A stretch of DNA of 64,000 bases. Source: Vicinamibacteria bacterium. GTDB taxonomy: Bacteria; Acidobacteriota; Vicinamibacteria; Fen-336. Under the pieces are notes generated by a model. The model was not told the DNA's origin, made no database searches, and was given only the letters and a program-made list of their open reading frames with translations. Below, piece by piece: positions 46,821-55,983 of the stretch (position 1 is its first letter; each line of letters begins with the position of its first letter). The stretch spans positions 1,047 to 65,046 of the forward strand of contig DASSJI010000246.1 of assembly GCA_035691285.1 (NCBI GenBank). The letters are read 5' to 3'. The translations under genes and the position numbers were made by a program.

Positions 46821-49130
46821 ATGGAGAGCTGCATCGAGGGGAGGCGAATCGAGGTTCGGGGCACCGTGCAGGGCGTCGGGTTCCGGCCCTGGGTCTATCG
46901 GCTGGCGCGGGCGACTGGCATCTCCGGCCGCGTCCGCAACGACGCGCGCGGCGTGACGATCGAAGCCTTCGGCTCGGCCGAAGCCCTCGAGGGCTTCGTC
47001 GCTCGCCTCACCGAGGCGCCTCCGCCGGCGGCCTCGATCCGCGAGCTCGAGACCGCTGTGATCGCGCCCGAGCGGGCCGCCGACTTCGTGATCGTCGAGA
47101 GCCTCTCCCAGGGCGAGCGGCGCGTCTCCGCGCCGCCCGATCTGGCGACGTGTCCCGACTGCCGGCGCGAGATCCTCGATCCCCGCGATCGCCGCCATCG
47201 TTACCCGTTCACGAACTGCACGAGCTGCGGCCCGCGCTTCACGATCCTCCGCGGCGTCCCCTACGACCGGGCCACGACCAGCATGGCCGGCTTCGAGATG
47301 TGCGCGGCCTGCCGCCGGGAGTACGAGTCGCCCCTCGACCGTCGCTTCCACGCGGAGCCCAACGCCTGCCCCGCCTGCGGCCCGCGCCTCGTCGCCGTGT
47401 CGCCGGGCGGCCAGGTGCAGAACAACGCGGACCCGCTCCGGCTGGCCGCCGAGGCGCTGCGCGGCGGGCTCGTCGTGGCGATCAAGGGCGTCGGAGGCTT
47501 CCACCTCGCCTGCGACGCGTCCTCGAGCGCGGCGGTGACGCGCTTGCGGCGGCGCAAGCGGCGCGACCACAAGCCCTTCGCCGTGATGGCGCGCGACCTG
47601 TCGGACGCGGGCCGGCTGGCACACCTCACGCAGGACGAGCGCGTGCTCCTCACGTCGGTCGAGCGCCCGATCGTACTGGCGCGCGCCCGCGCTGGTTCCG
47701 GCCTCGCGCCGGAAGTTGCCCCGCGCAACCCGCTCGTAGGGCTCATGCTCCCCTACTCGCCGCTCCACCACCTGCTCCTCGCCGAGGCCGACACGCCGCT
47801 CGTGATGACCTCGGGCAACCTCTCCGACGAGCCCATCGCGAAGGACAACGACGAGGCCCTGGAGCGGCTCGGCAGCGTGGCGGACCTGTTCCTCCTCCAC
47901 GACCGCGACATCGAGACCCGCTGCGACGACTCGGTGGCCCGCATCGTCGCGGGCCGACCGGTCGTGCTGCGCCGCGGCCGGGGCTACGTGCCGCGTCCCG
48001 TGGCCGTGAGCCCGCCCTTCGAACGCCCGGTCCTGGCCTGCGGCGGCCAGATCAAGAACGCCGCCTGCATCGGCGTATCCGACACGGCGTACCTCGGCCC
48101 CCACGTCGGGGACCTGGACAGCCTCGGCAACGTCCAGGCGTTCGAGGACGCCGTGAGGCACCTCGAGCGGCTGCTCGAGGTGCGGCCGGAGATCGTCGCC
48201 TACGACCTGCACCCCGGCTACCGCTCCACGGTCTACGCGCTCACCCGTGAGGAACCGCTGAAGGTGGGCGTCCAGCATCACCACGCCCACGTGGCGAGCG
48301 TCATGGCCGAGCACGGCCTCGCCGGCCCGGTCATCGGCGTGGCGTACGACGGGACGGGCTACGGCACCGACGGCGCGCTCTGGGGCGGCGAGATCCTGGT
48401 GGCGGGCCTCACGGGCTTCGAGCGGCGCGCCACGCTGCGGCCGCTGCCGCTGCCCGGCGGCGAGGCGGCGATCCGGGACGTCTGGCGCCTCGCCCTCGTC
48501 CTGCTCGACGACGCCTTCGAGGGCGCCCCGCCGTCGCTCGACGCCTTCCCGCTCTTCCGCCATGTCCCCGAGGCCGCGGTCGAGAGCGTGAGACGCATCG
48601 CACGGGTTCCGACGCTCGCGCCCCGCGCCCACGGCGTCGGGCGCTACTTCGACGCCCTGGGCGCGCTGGTCCTGGGCCTTTCGCTCTCGCACCACGAGGG
48701 CGAGGTGGCCCTCGAGTGGAATCTCGTCGCCGATCCCGGTGAACGTGGCGCCTACCCGTACGACATCGACGAGTCCGCCTCGCCGTGGATGATCGACCTC
48801 CGGCCGCTGGTGCGGGCCGTCGTGGACGACCTCCGCGCCGGAGCCGGTCCGGCGCGCATCTCGTCGCGCTTCCACAATGCCCTCGCCCTCGCCACCGCGG
48901 ACGCCGTGCGCCGGACCGCCCTGGGCGCAGGCGGCCTGCCGGTCGCGCTCAGCGGCGGCTGCTTCCAGAACGCGCTGCTCGCCGAGCGCGTCCTCGACGC
49001 TCTCGCCCCTCGCTTCCCCGTGTACCTGCACCGCGCGGTTCCACCTGGCGACGGCGGGCTCGCCCTCGGCCAGGCCGTCGTCGCACGCGCGGTGGTCGAG
49101 GAGGGCCGGGAGGGACCGTCATGTGCCTAG
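46821..49130 (+). CDS. hypF: [NiFe]-hydrogenase maturation carbamoyltransferase HypF
   Basis: An acylphosphatase domain (VQGVGFRPWVYRLA), two Zn fingers (CPDCRREI...CTSCGPRFT; CAACRREY...CPACGPRL), YrdC and Kae1-like domains. The internal ATG at 46821 was chosen. Confidence 0.9.
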   Translation: MESCIEGRRIEVRGTVQGVGFRPWVYRLARATGISGRVRNDARGVTIEAFGSAEALEGFVARLTEAPPPAASIRELETAVIAPERAADFVIVESLSQGERRVSAPPDLATCPDCRREILDPRDRRHRYPFTNCTSCGPRFTILRGVPYDRATTSMAGFEMCAACRREYESPLDRRFHAEPNACPACGPRLVAVSPGGQVQNNADPLRLAAEALRGGLVVAIKGVGGFHLACDASSSAAVTRLRRRKRRDHKPFAVMARDLSDAGRLAHLTQDERVLLTSVERPIVLARARAGSGLAPEVAPRNPLVGLMLPYSPLHHLLLAEADTPLVMTSGNLSDEPIAKDNDEALERLGSVADLFLLHDRDIETRCDDSVARIVAGRPVVLRRGRGYVPRPVAVSPPFERPVLACGGQIKNAACIGVSDTAYLGPHVGDLDSLGNVQAFEDAVRHLERLLEVRPEIVAYDLHPGYRSTVYALTREEPLKVGVQHHHAHVASVMAEHGLAGPVIGVAYDGTGYGTDGALWGGEILVAGLTGFERRATLRPLPLPGGEAAIRDVWRLALVLLDDAFEGAPPSLDAFPLFRHVPEAAVESVRRIARVPTLAPRAHGVGRYFDALGALVLGLSLSHHEGEVALEWNLVADPGERGAYPYDIDESASPWMIDLRPLVRAVVDDLRAGAGPARISSRFHNALALATADAVRRTALGAGGLPVALSGGCFQNALLAERVLDALAPRFPVYLHRAVPPGDGGLALGQAVVARAVVEEGREGPSCA

Positions 49131-49414
49131 GCGTGCCGGGCCGCGTGCTGAGGGTCGCCGGGGACGTCGCGCTCGTGGACTTCTTCGGCGTGCGCCGGGA
49201 CGTGCGCCTCGACATCGTCGACGAGCCCGTGGCGCCCGGGGACTACATCCTCAACCACGTCGGCTTCGCGATCCGCCGCATCCCGAGCGAGCACATCGCC
49301 GAGACCCTCGCCCTCTACGAGACGCTGCTCCGCGAGGCGGGGGACGACATGATGGCGGCCGACGTCCGCTCCGAGATCGAGGCGACGGGCCGGAGGACGC
49401 GCGATGGCGCCTGA
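49121..49414 (+). CDS. hypC: Hydrogenase maturation chaperone HypC
   Basis: MCLGVPGRVL N-terminus; 97 aa. Confidence 0.85.
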   Translation: MCLGVPGRVLRVAGDVALVDFFGVRRDVRLDIVDEPVAPGDYILNHVGFAIRRIPSEHIAETLALYETLLREAGDDMMAADVRSEIEATGRRTRDGA

Positions 49415-50546
49415 CCGCGACCTCCTCGCGTCGGAGCTGAAGTTCCGCGACCCGGGACGCGCGCGGGCCCTGGCCGCGCAGCTCGCCGCCGTCACCCACG
49501 AGGTGGGTCGCGCGCCCGTCGCGGTGATGCACGTGTGCGGAAGCCACGAGCAGGCCATCGCGAAGTTCGGGCTGCGGGCCGCGTTCCCCAGGGACCTCCA
49601 GGTGATCATGGGCCCCGGCTGTCCCGTGTGCGTCACCGACACCCCCGAGGTGGACGAGGGGGTGGCGCTCGCCCGCCAGGGCGCGCGCATCGCGACCTAC
49701 GGCGACATGCTCCGGGTGCCCGGCACCGCGCTGTCCCTCGCGGACGCGCAGGCGGAGGGCGGGAGGATCGAGGTCGTCTACTCGGTGACCCAGGCCGTGG
49801 AGCTGGCCCGCAAGACCTCGGACGAGGTCGTCTTCTTCGCCACCGGCTTCGAGACCACGGCGGTGGCCACGGCCGCGGCGGTCCTGGCCGGCACGCCGCC
49901 CAACTTCTCGATCCTCTCGGCCCACAAGTACATCCCGCCCGTCATGGAGATCGTGGCCGAGATGCCCGATACGCGCGTGGAGGGCTTCCTGGCCGCGGGC
50001 CACGCCGCGACCATCACCGGCTGGGGCATCTTCGAGCACTTCGTCGAGCGCCATCGCCTGCCCGTGGTGGTCGCGGGCTTCGAGCCCCTCGACATCCTCG
50101 CCGGCCTCGTGCGGCTCGTCGAGCTGGTGCGCGACGGCCTGCCCAGGGTCGACAACATGTACCCGCGCTGCGTGACCCGCGAGGGCAACCGCGCCGCCCA
50201 GGAGATGCTCTGGAAGGTGTTTCGCCCGGTGGGCGGCCGCTGGCGTGGCATCGCCCACATCCCGAACGGCAACCTGCGCCTTCGCGAGGAGTGGGCGAGG
50301 CTGGACGCGCGCCGGCGCTTTCACATCGACCTGGCCGGCCTGTGGGACGAGGCGCCGGCCGGGCTGGTCCAGCACTGCATCTGCGGCGAGATCATGGCCG
50401 GCGTGAGGTCGCCCTCCGACTGCCGGCTGTTCGGGAAGGAGTGCATCCCCGACGCGCCCGTGGGGGCGTGCATGGTCAGCAGCGAGGGCACCTGCCGCAT
50501 CTGGCACCAGTACGGCGCGGTGCCGGAGCTGGGAGCGGCGCCGTGA
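49404..50546 (+). CDS. hypD: Hydrogenase maturation protein HypD
   Basis: CGSHE, GPGCPVC and FETT motifs, plus the C-terminal CxxH...Cys cluster; 380 aa. Confidence 0.9.
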   Translation: MAPDRDLLASELKFRDPGRARALAAQLAAVTHEVGRAPVAVMHVCGSHEQAIAKFGLRAAFPRDLQVIMGPGCPVCVTDTPEVDEGVALARQGARIATYGDMLRVPGTALSLADAQAEGGRIEVVYSVTQAVELARKTSDEVVFFATGFETTAVATAAAVLAGTPPNFSILSAHKYIPPVMEIVAEMPDTRVEGFLAAGHAATITGWGIFEHFVERHRLPVVVAGFEPLDILAGLVRLVELVRDGLPRVDNMYPRCVTREGNRAAQEMLWKVFRPVGGRWRGIAHIPNGNLRLREEWARLDARRRFHIDLAGLWDEAPAGLVQHCICGEIMAGVRSPSDCRLFGKECIPDAPVGACMVSSEGTCRIWHQYGAVPELGAAP

Positions 50547-51580
50547 ACGCCCTCAGGGCCCGCGTGGAGCGCATCAGCCTGAAGCAGGGCGCCGGCGGAC
50601 GCGCCATGCGCGCGCTCATCGAGAGCGTGTTCCTGCCCGGCTTCGTCGACGGCGCCTCGGAGGGCATCGGTCTCGCCGCGATGGACGACGGCGCGGCGCT
50701 CCGCGTGGGAGACCGCTGGCTCGTCGTGACGACCGACTCCCACGTTGTAAAGCCCGCCTTCTTCCCGGGCGGCGACATCGGGCGGCTGGCCATCTCGGGA
50801 ACCGTGAACGACCTCGCGATGATGGGCGCCACGGACGCGCCGGCACTGACCTGCGCCGTGATCCTCGAGGAGGGCTTCGCCCGGGCGGACCTCGAGAGCG
50901 TCCAGGCCTCGATGCGACAGGCCTGCTCCGAGGCCGGCGCCCAAGTCGTGACCGGCGACACCAAGGTGATGGGCAAGGGCGAGCTGGACGGCATCGTTCT
51001 CAACACGACCGGCGTCGCCCTGACCGACCGCCCGGTCCCCGACTCCGGCCTGCGCCCGGGCGATCGCATCCTCGTCACCGGCAGCATGGGCGACCACGGC
51101 TTCGCGATCCTGGCCGTCCGCCACGGCCTCGGCCTCGAGGGCGACCTGCGCTCGGACGTGGCACCCATCAACGGGCTCGTGCGGAGCGCCCTCGCCGCGG
51201 GCGGAGACGAAGTCGTCGCGATGAAGGACCCCACCCGCGGCGGCCTCGCCGGCGTGCTCCACGAGATGGCGGCGAAGAGCGGCGTCGGTGTGGTCCTGGA
51301 GGAAGCCAGCGTGCCGGTCTCCGCCGCCGTGCGCGCCGCCTCGGAGATGCTGGGAATCGATCCCCTGTACGTCGCCAACGAGGGCAAGGCGGTGATCGGC
51401 GTCCGCGCCGAGGCGGCCGGGCGCGTGCTCGACGCCCTGCGCTCCCATCCCCTCGGACGCGATGCGGCCATCGTGGGCGCCTGCGTCGCCGAGCGTCCGG
51501 GCTCGGTGATCCTGGACACGGGCGTCGGACGGCGACTCCTGGCCGAGCCGGAGGGCGAGCTGCTGCCGCGCATATGCTGA
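50543..51580 (+). CDS. hypE: Hydrogenase maturation protein HypE
   Basis: PurM-like fold; ends ...PRIC (the C-terminal Cys that is carbamoylated/cyanated). The GTG overlaps the hypD stop (GTGA). Confidence 0.9.
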   Translation: MNALRARVERISLKQGAGGRAMRALIESVFLPGFVDGASEGIGLAAMDDGAALRVGDRWLVVTTDSHVVKPAFFPGGDIGRLAISGTVNDLAMMGATDAPALTCAVILEEGFARADLESVQASMRQACSEAGAQVVTGDTKVMGKGELDGIVLNTTGVALTDRPVPDSGLRPGDRILVTGSMGDHGFAILAVRHGLGLEGDLRSDVAPINGLVRSALAAGGDEVVAMKDPTRGGLAGVLHEMAAKSGVGVVLEEASVPVSAAVRAASEMLGIDPLYVANEGKAVIGVRAEAAGRVLDALRSHPLGRDAAIVGACVAERPGSVILDTGVGRRLLAEPEGELLPRIC

Positions 51581-52404
51581 GCATCCGCCTCGAACGCGAC
51601 GGCGCGGTCGGGATCCTGACCATCGCACGGCGCGAGCGCTTCAACTCCATGGACGTCGAGACCGCGCGCGACTTCCGGAGCGCGGGCCTCAAGCTCGCCC
51701 GCGACCCCGAGGTCCGGGCGGCGGTCGTGCGCGGGGACGGCGGCGTCTTCTGCAGCGGCGCCGACCTCAAGTACATCCAGGCCGGCGGCGACCCGCGAGA
51801 GCTGGGCTACCTGCACCCGGACTCACGGGAGGTGCCGGGCGGGTACGGCGAGGTCTTCAAGCAGATCCTCGAATACCTCCACGCCACGATCTCGGAGATC
51901 CGCCGCGCGCCCAAGCCCTTCATCGCGGCCGTCGACGGCATGGCGGCGGCGGGCGGCTTCGGGATCGCCATGTGCTGCGACCTCGTGCTCGCCTCGGAGC
52001 GCGCCACCTTCGAGTGGGCCTATCACAAGACCGGCCTGACCGGCGCCGAGAGCTCGACCTTCTTCCTGCCCCGGCTCGTCGGCCTCCGCAAGGCGCTGGA
52101 GCTCGTCCTGCTCAACCCGCGCCTCACGGCTCGCCAGGCTCTGGAGATGGGCCTCGTCACCGACGTCTTCCCGGACGCGTCCTTCGACCGCGACGTGATG
52201 GAGGTCGCCCACAGGCTGGCGGCGGGGCCCACCGAGGCCTATGCCGTGGCCAAGGCCCTGCTCAACCAGGCGGCGGGCGTCGATCGCCTCGACTACCACC
52301 TCGACGAGGAGCTCGCGAGCCTCGCGCGCATCGCCGACGGCCCGGACTTCGCCGAGGGCATCGCGGCCTTCTTCGGCAAGCGGGCGCCGCGCTTCGGCGG
52401 ATAG
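51574..52404 (+). CDS. Enoyl-CoA hydratase/isomerase (crotonase) family protein embedded in hyp operon
   Basis: Crotonase oxyanion-hole motifs FCSGADL and AAVDGMAAAGGFGIAMCCD. Overlaps the hypE stop by 7 bp; ends 6 bp before hypA. Confidence 0.8.
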   Translation: MLSIRLERDGAVGILTIARRERFNSMDVETARDFRSAGLKLARDPEVRAAVVRGDGGVFCSGADLKYIQAGGDPRELGYLHPDSREVPGGYGEVFKQILEYLHATISEIRRAPKPFIAAVDGMAAAGGFGIAMCCDLVLASERATFEWAYHKTGLTGAESSTFFLPRLVGLRKALELVLLNPRLTARQALEMGLVTDVFPDASFDRDVMEVAHRLAAGPTEAYAVAKALLNQAAGVDRLDYHLDEELASLARIADGPDFAEGIAAFFGKRAPRFGG

Positions 52405-52410
52405 GCCGAC

Positions 52411-52752
52411 ATGCACGAGTACTCCATCGTGCAGGCCCTGCTGGCGCGGGTGGGAGAGGAAGCTCGGCGCCACGGCGCGACCGCGGTCCGCCGGGTGCGG
52501 ATCTCGATCGGGGAGCTGGCCGGCGTCGAGATCGAGCTGCTGCGAACCGCCTACGAGACCTTCCGCGAACGGACCCCGTGCGCCCAGGCGCCGCTCGAGG
52601 TGAACCGCATCGAGGCGCGCTGGGAGTGCTCGGACTGCGGCCGCGCCCTCGAGCGCGGCGGGCTCCTGCGCTGTCCCGAGTGCGCGAAGCCCGGGCGTCT
52701 CGCCCGGGGCGACGAGATCGTGCTCGACCAGCTCGAGCTGGAGGTGGCGTGA
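52411..52752 (+). CDS. hypA: Hydrogenase nickel-incorporation protein HypA
   Basis: MHEYSIVQALL N-terminus; Zn motifs CSDCG...CPECA. Confidence 0.85.
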   Translation: MHEYSIVQALLARVGEEARRHGATAVRRVRISIGELAGVEIELLRTAYETFRERTPCAQAPLEVNRIEARWECSDCGRALERGGLLRCPECAKPGRLARGDEIVLDQLELEVA

Positions 52753-53477
52753 TGTGCGAGACCTGCGGCTGCGGCGATCCCGAGATCGTGTCGGTCGACC
52801 TTCACGAGCGGATCCTGGCGGGCAACGAGCGCACGGCCCGCCACAACCGCCGCCACTTCGCCGAGCGTTCCGTCGTGGCGGTGAACCTGATGGGCTCGCC
52901 CGGCTCGGGCAAGACCGCGCTCCTCGAGGCCACCGCCCGGCGGCTCATGGGACGGCGGCTGGGCGCCGTGGCCGGCGACCTCGCCACCGAGCGCGACGCG
53001 GAGCGGCTGCGCGCCGCCGGCATCCCGTCGCGCCCGATCACTACCGGCTCGGCCTGCCATCTCGACGCCGCGATGGTCCACCGCGCCCTCCACGACTTCC
53101 CGTGGCGGGAGCTCGACTACCTCTTCATCGAGAACGTCGGCAACCTGGTCTGCCCGGCCGTCTACGACCTCGGCCAGGAGGCGAACGTGGTCGCCCTCTC
53201 GGTGACCGAGGGCGAGGACAAGCCGCTCAAGTACCCGGTGATGTTCCGCGGAGCCGATCTGGTCCTGCTCACCAAGATGGACCTGCTCCCGCACCTGCCC
53301 GGCGTGAGCCTCGCGGCGATCCAGGACGCGCTCGCCCACGTGATGCCCCGGCTGGCGCTCCTGCCGGTGTCGGCCTCGACGGGCGCCGGCCTCGACCTCT
53401 GGCTCGCCTGGCTCGAGGCGCGCCGTTCCGCCCGCCGCGCGGCGTCGCCCGACCCGGGAGATGCCGGCCTCCGCTGA
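52752..53477 (+). CDS. hypB: Hydrogenase nickel-incorporation GTPase HypB
   Basis: MCETCGCGD N-terminal metal site, P-loop GSPGSGKT and ENVGNLVCP; overlaps the hypA stop (TGATG). Confidence 0.85.
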   Translation: MCETCGCGDPEIVSVDLHERILAGNERTARHNRRHFAERSVVAVNLMGSPGSGKTALLEATARRLMGRRLGAVAGDLATERDAERLRAAGIPSRPITTGSACHLDAAMVHRALHDFPWRELDYLFIENVGNLVCPAVYDLGQEANVVALSVTEGEDKPLKYPVMFRGADLVLLTKMDLLPHLPGVSLAAIQDALAHVMPRLALLPVSASTGAGLDLWLAWLEARRSARRAASPDPGDAGLR

Positions 53478-53524
53478 TCCGGCTCCGCATAGAATCCCTC
53501 CGGCCGTCAACCCAAGGAGGAGCA

Positions 53525-54082
53525 ATGGTCCCCCTCTCGTCTCTCTGGCTCCCGATCCTGCTCTCGGCCGTGCTCGTGTTCGTCGCCAGCTCGATCGTCC
53601 ACATGGTCCTCGGCCTCCACCGCAGCGACTACGGCAAGCTCGCCAACGAGGACGCGGTCCTCGAGGCGCTGCGCGGCGCGGGGGTCGCTCCGGGCACCTA
53701 CACGTTCCCTTGCGCGGCGAACCCCAAGGACATGAGCACGCCCGAGATGCTCGAGAAGTACAAGAAGGGGCCGGTCGGCATCCTGAACGTGATCCCGAGC
53801 GGGCCGCCGGCCATGCCCAAGCTGCTCGGACAGTGGTTCGCCTTCAGCGTACTCGTCGGCGTGTTCGCCGCGTACCTCGCGGGGCGCGCCCTGGGCCCCG
53901 GCGCCCATTACCTCGCCGTGTTCCGCGTCGTCGGCACCGTGGCCTTCCTCGCCTATCTTTCGACGCACGCCACGGACCCGATCTGGAAGGGCGAGCGCTG
54001 GGGCATCGCGCTCAAGCACGCCGCGGACGGCTTCGTGTACGCCTTGCTGACCGCCGGAGTCTTCGGCTGGCTCTGGCCCTGA
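53525..54082 (+). CDS. Small integral membrane protein of unknown function, last gene of hyp operon
   Basis: AAGGAGGAG 5 nt upstream of ATG; 185 aa with about 4 predicted TM helices; no family recognised. Confidence 0.55.
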   Translation: MVPLSSLWLPILLSAVLVFVASSIVHMVLGLHRSDYGKLANEDAVLEALRGAGVAPGTYTFPCAANPKDMSTPEMLEKYKKGPVGILNVIPSGPPAMPKLLGQWFAFSVLVGVFAAYLAGRALGPGAHYLAVFRVVGTVAFLAYLSTHATDPIWKGERWGIALKHAADGFVYALLTAGVFGWLWP

Positions 54083-54089
54083 AGGCCGT

Positions 54090-55091
54090 TCAGGCTTCGG
54101 CGGCGGCCTCGCGTGCGCGCCGCGTGTCGAACCTCCACAGCCCCGCCCGCCGGGCGGCCTCATGGGCCGCTTCCATCTCGCGCGGGCGGGGCCGCCGGCC
54201 GATGTCGACGTGCGCCGGTCGGCCGTCGCGGGCGATCTCGCCGACCTTGTACTCGGGCCGGTACTGCCCCATCACGTTGACGTACGTGTCGGGCGAGACC
54301 TCGCGCGCGAGCCAATCGAAGATCGCCGCGGCCTCGTCCTCCTGCCCCGGCATCACGAGGTGGCGCACCAGGACGCCGCGCTTCGCGAGCCCGTCCTCGC
54401 CGAAGCGCAGGACGCCCACCTGCCGGTGCATCTCGAGGATCGCCTCGCGGGCGCGCTCCGCGTAGTCCCTGGCGAGAGCCAGGCGCAGCGACGTCTCCGG
54501 CCGCCAGAACTTGAAGTCGGGCATGTAGACGTCCACGAGCCCGTCCATGAGCCGCAGCGAGGCGATCCCGTCGTACGCGCTCGTGTTGTAGACGATGGGC
54601 AGACGGAGCCCCATCGGGATGGCCTCGGCGACCGCCTCGACGAGCTGGGGCGCCACGTGCTCGGGCGTCACGAAGTTGACGTTGTGGCAGCCCTGCTCCT
54701 GCAGCCTCAACATGAGGCCCGCGATGCCGCGCGCGTCGAGCTCTTCTCCGGACCGCCGCTGCGAGATGTCCCAGTTCTGGCAGAAGGCGCAGCGAAGGTT
54801 GCACAGGCTGAAGAAGATCGTGCCGGAGCCCCGCCAGCCGCGCAGGCAGTCCTCCTCTCCGAAGTGCGGAAAGGCGCTCGCGACGACGGCGTGGCGCCCG
54901 GTGTGGCAGGCGCGCATTTCGTCCTCGAGCCGGTTGCAGCCGCAGTTGCGGGGACAGGCGCGGCAGTCCTCCAGTTCCGTCATCGCGGCCGCCACCTTGC
55001 CGTCAAGCTCCGCGCGGCTCAGACAGTGGTAGGCGGGCTCGAAGTCGACGACCCGGAACGCGTCCTTTCGCCCGGTCGAAACCGAGGCCAC
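54090..55091 (-). CDS. Radical-SAM protein (PFL-activating-enzyme-like / PflX-type)
   Basis: CNLRCAFCQNWDIS CxxxCxxC motif plus an additional N-terminal Cys cluster (CRACPRNCGCN); 333 aa. Confidence 0.8.
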   Translation of the reverse strand: MASVSTGRKDAFRVVDFEPAYHCLSRAELDGKVAAAMTELEDCRACPRNCGCNRLEDEMRACHTGRHAVVASAFPHFGEEDCLRGWRGSGTIFFSLCNLRCAFCQNWDISQRRSGEELDARGIAGLMLRLQEQGCHNVNFVTPEHVAPQLVEAVAEAIPMGLRLPIVYNTSAYDGIASLRLMDGLVDVYMPDFKFWRPETSLRLALARDYAERAREAILEMHRQVGVLRFGEDGLAKRGVLVRHLVMPGQEDEAAAIFDWLAREVSPDTYVNVMGQYRPEYKVGEIARDGRPAHVDIGRRPRPREMEAAHEAARRAGLWRFDTRRAREAAAEA

Positions 55092-55122
55092 AGGCCATGC
55101 TAACCCCTCCGCGAGAAATCGC

Positions 55123-55152
55123 TTGACACGGTCTGGTCAATAGTGCTTAATT
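55123..55152 (+). promoter_or_regulatory. Candidate sigma-70-type promoter in AT-richer island
   Basis: TTGACA followed by 17 nt then a TTAATT-like -10 box, about 30 nt upstream of the tandem-PilZ gene start. The region is markedly AT-richer than its surroundings. Confidence 0.3.
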
Positions 55153-55180
55153 GAAAGGACCTTAGACAGCGACATCTAAA

Positions 55181-55954
55181 GTGGATTCTCGGCAGGGAAG
55201 CCCTCCGCCGCCGGACGACGCGGCCGCCTATGCGATCCCGCGGAAGGAGGAGCGCCTGTCGCTGCTCATGCCCGTCCAGGTCCGGACGTACTCGCCCAAG
55301 GGCGCGCCCTGGGAAGAAGAAGCCCTGATGCAGGACGTGTCCACGGGCGGCATGGCGTTTCGCAGCCTGCTGCCCCTCCGCAAAGGGCAGGTGGTGCAGC
55401 TCGAGGCGCCGGTGCCGAAGAGCCTCCGGCAGTTCGGCAAGGAAACCGATCGCTACCACGTCTACGCCATCGTGCGGAACGTCCTGGTGGACGATGAAGG
55501 CTGTCGCATCGGCGTGATGTTCTTCGGGAAGGAGCCTCCCCGCGGCTACGAGCGGAACCCCGCCGCCCGCTATCTCCTTCCCAGCGACCTGCAGACCGAG
55601 CGGCGCAGGCCGAAGCGCCCGCACCCTGAGCCCGAGGCTCCCACAGACCCCGCCGGCAAGCGACGCCACGAGCGCTTCGACATGTTCGTGGAGCTCGAGC
55701 TGTTCCACGTGGACGAGTGGGGCACCCTGCTGGAAGAGGAGCGCACCGTGGCGGAGAACATCAGCCTCGGGGGCGCCCGCGTCCTGACCAACCACACCTT
55801 CGCCGTGGGCGACGTCATCGTGGTCCGCGAGGTGGGCGGCGCGTTCAAGGCCCGTGCCGAGATCGTGGGCACGTACGTCGGCGCCAACAGCGTCCGCCGC
55901 CTCAACCTGAAGTTCCTCGACGGGGTGGGCCCGACACACCTCGTCAAGCACTGA
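55181..55954 (+). CDS. Tandem PilZ-domain protein (putative c-di-GMP receptor)
   Basis: Two copies of the RxxxR...(D/N)xSxGG signature: RKEER...DVSTGGMAF and RRHER...NISLGGARV. GTG start. Confidence 0.7.
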   Translation: MDSRQGSPPPPDDAAAYAIPRKEERLSLLMPVQVRTYSPKGAPWEEEALMQDVSTGGMAFRSLLPLRKGQVVQLEAPVPKSLRQFGKETDRYHVYAIVRNVLVDDEGCRIGVMFFGKEPPRGYERNPAARYLLPSDLQTERRRPKRPHPEPEAPTDPAGKRRHERFDMFVELELFHVDEWGTLLEEERTVAENISLGGARVLTNHTFAVGDVIVVREVGGAFKARAEIVGTYVGANSVRRLNLKFLDGVGPTHLVKH

Positions 55955-55983
55955 GCCGGGCGCCCGCTACAATTCGAGGGCCG

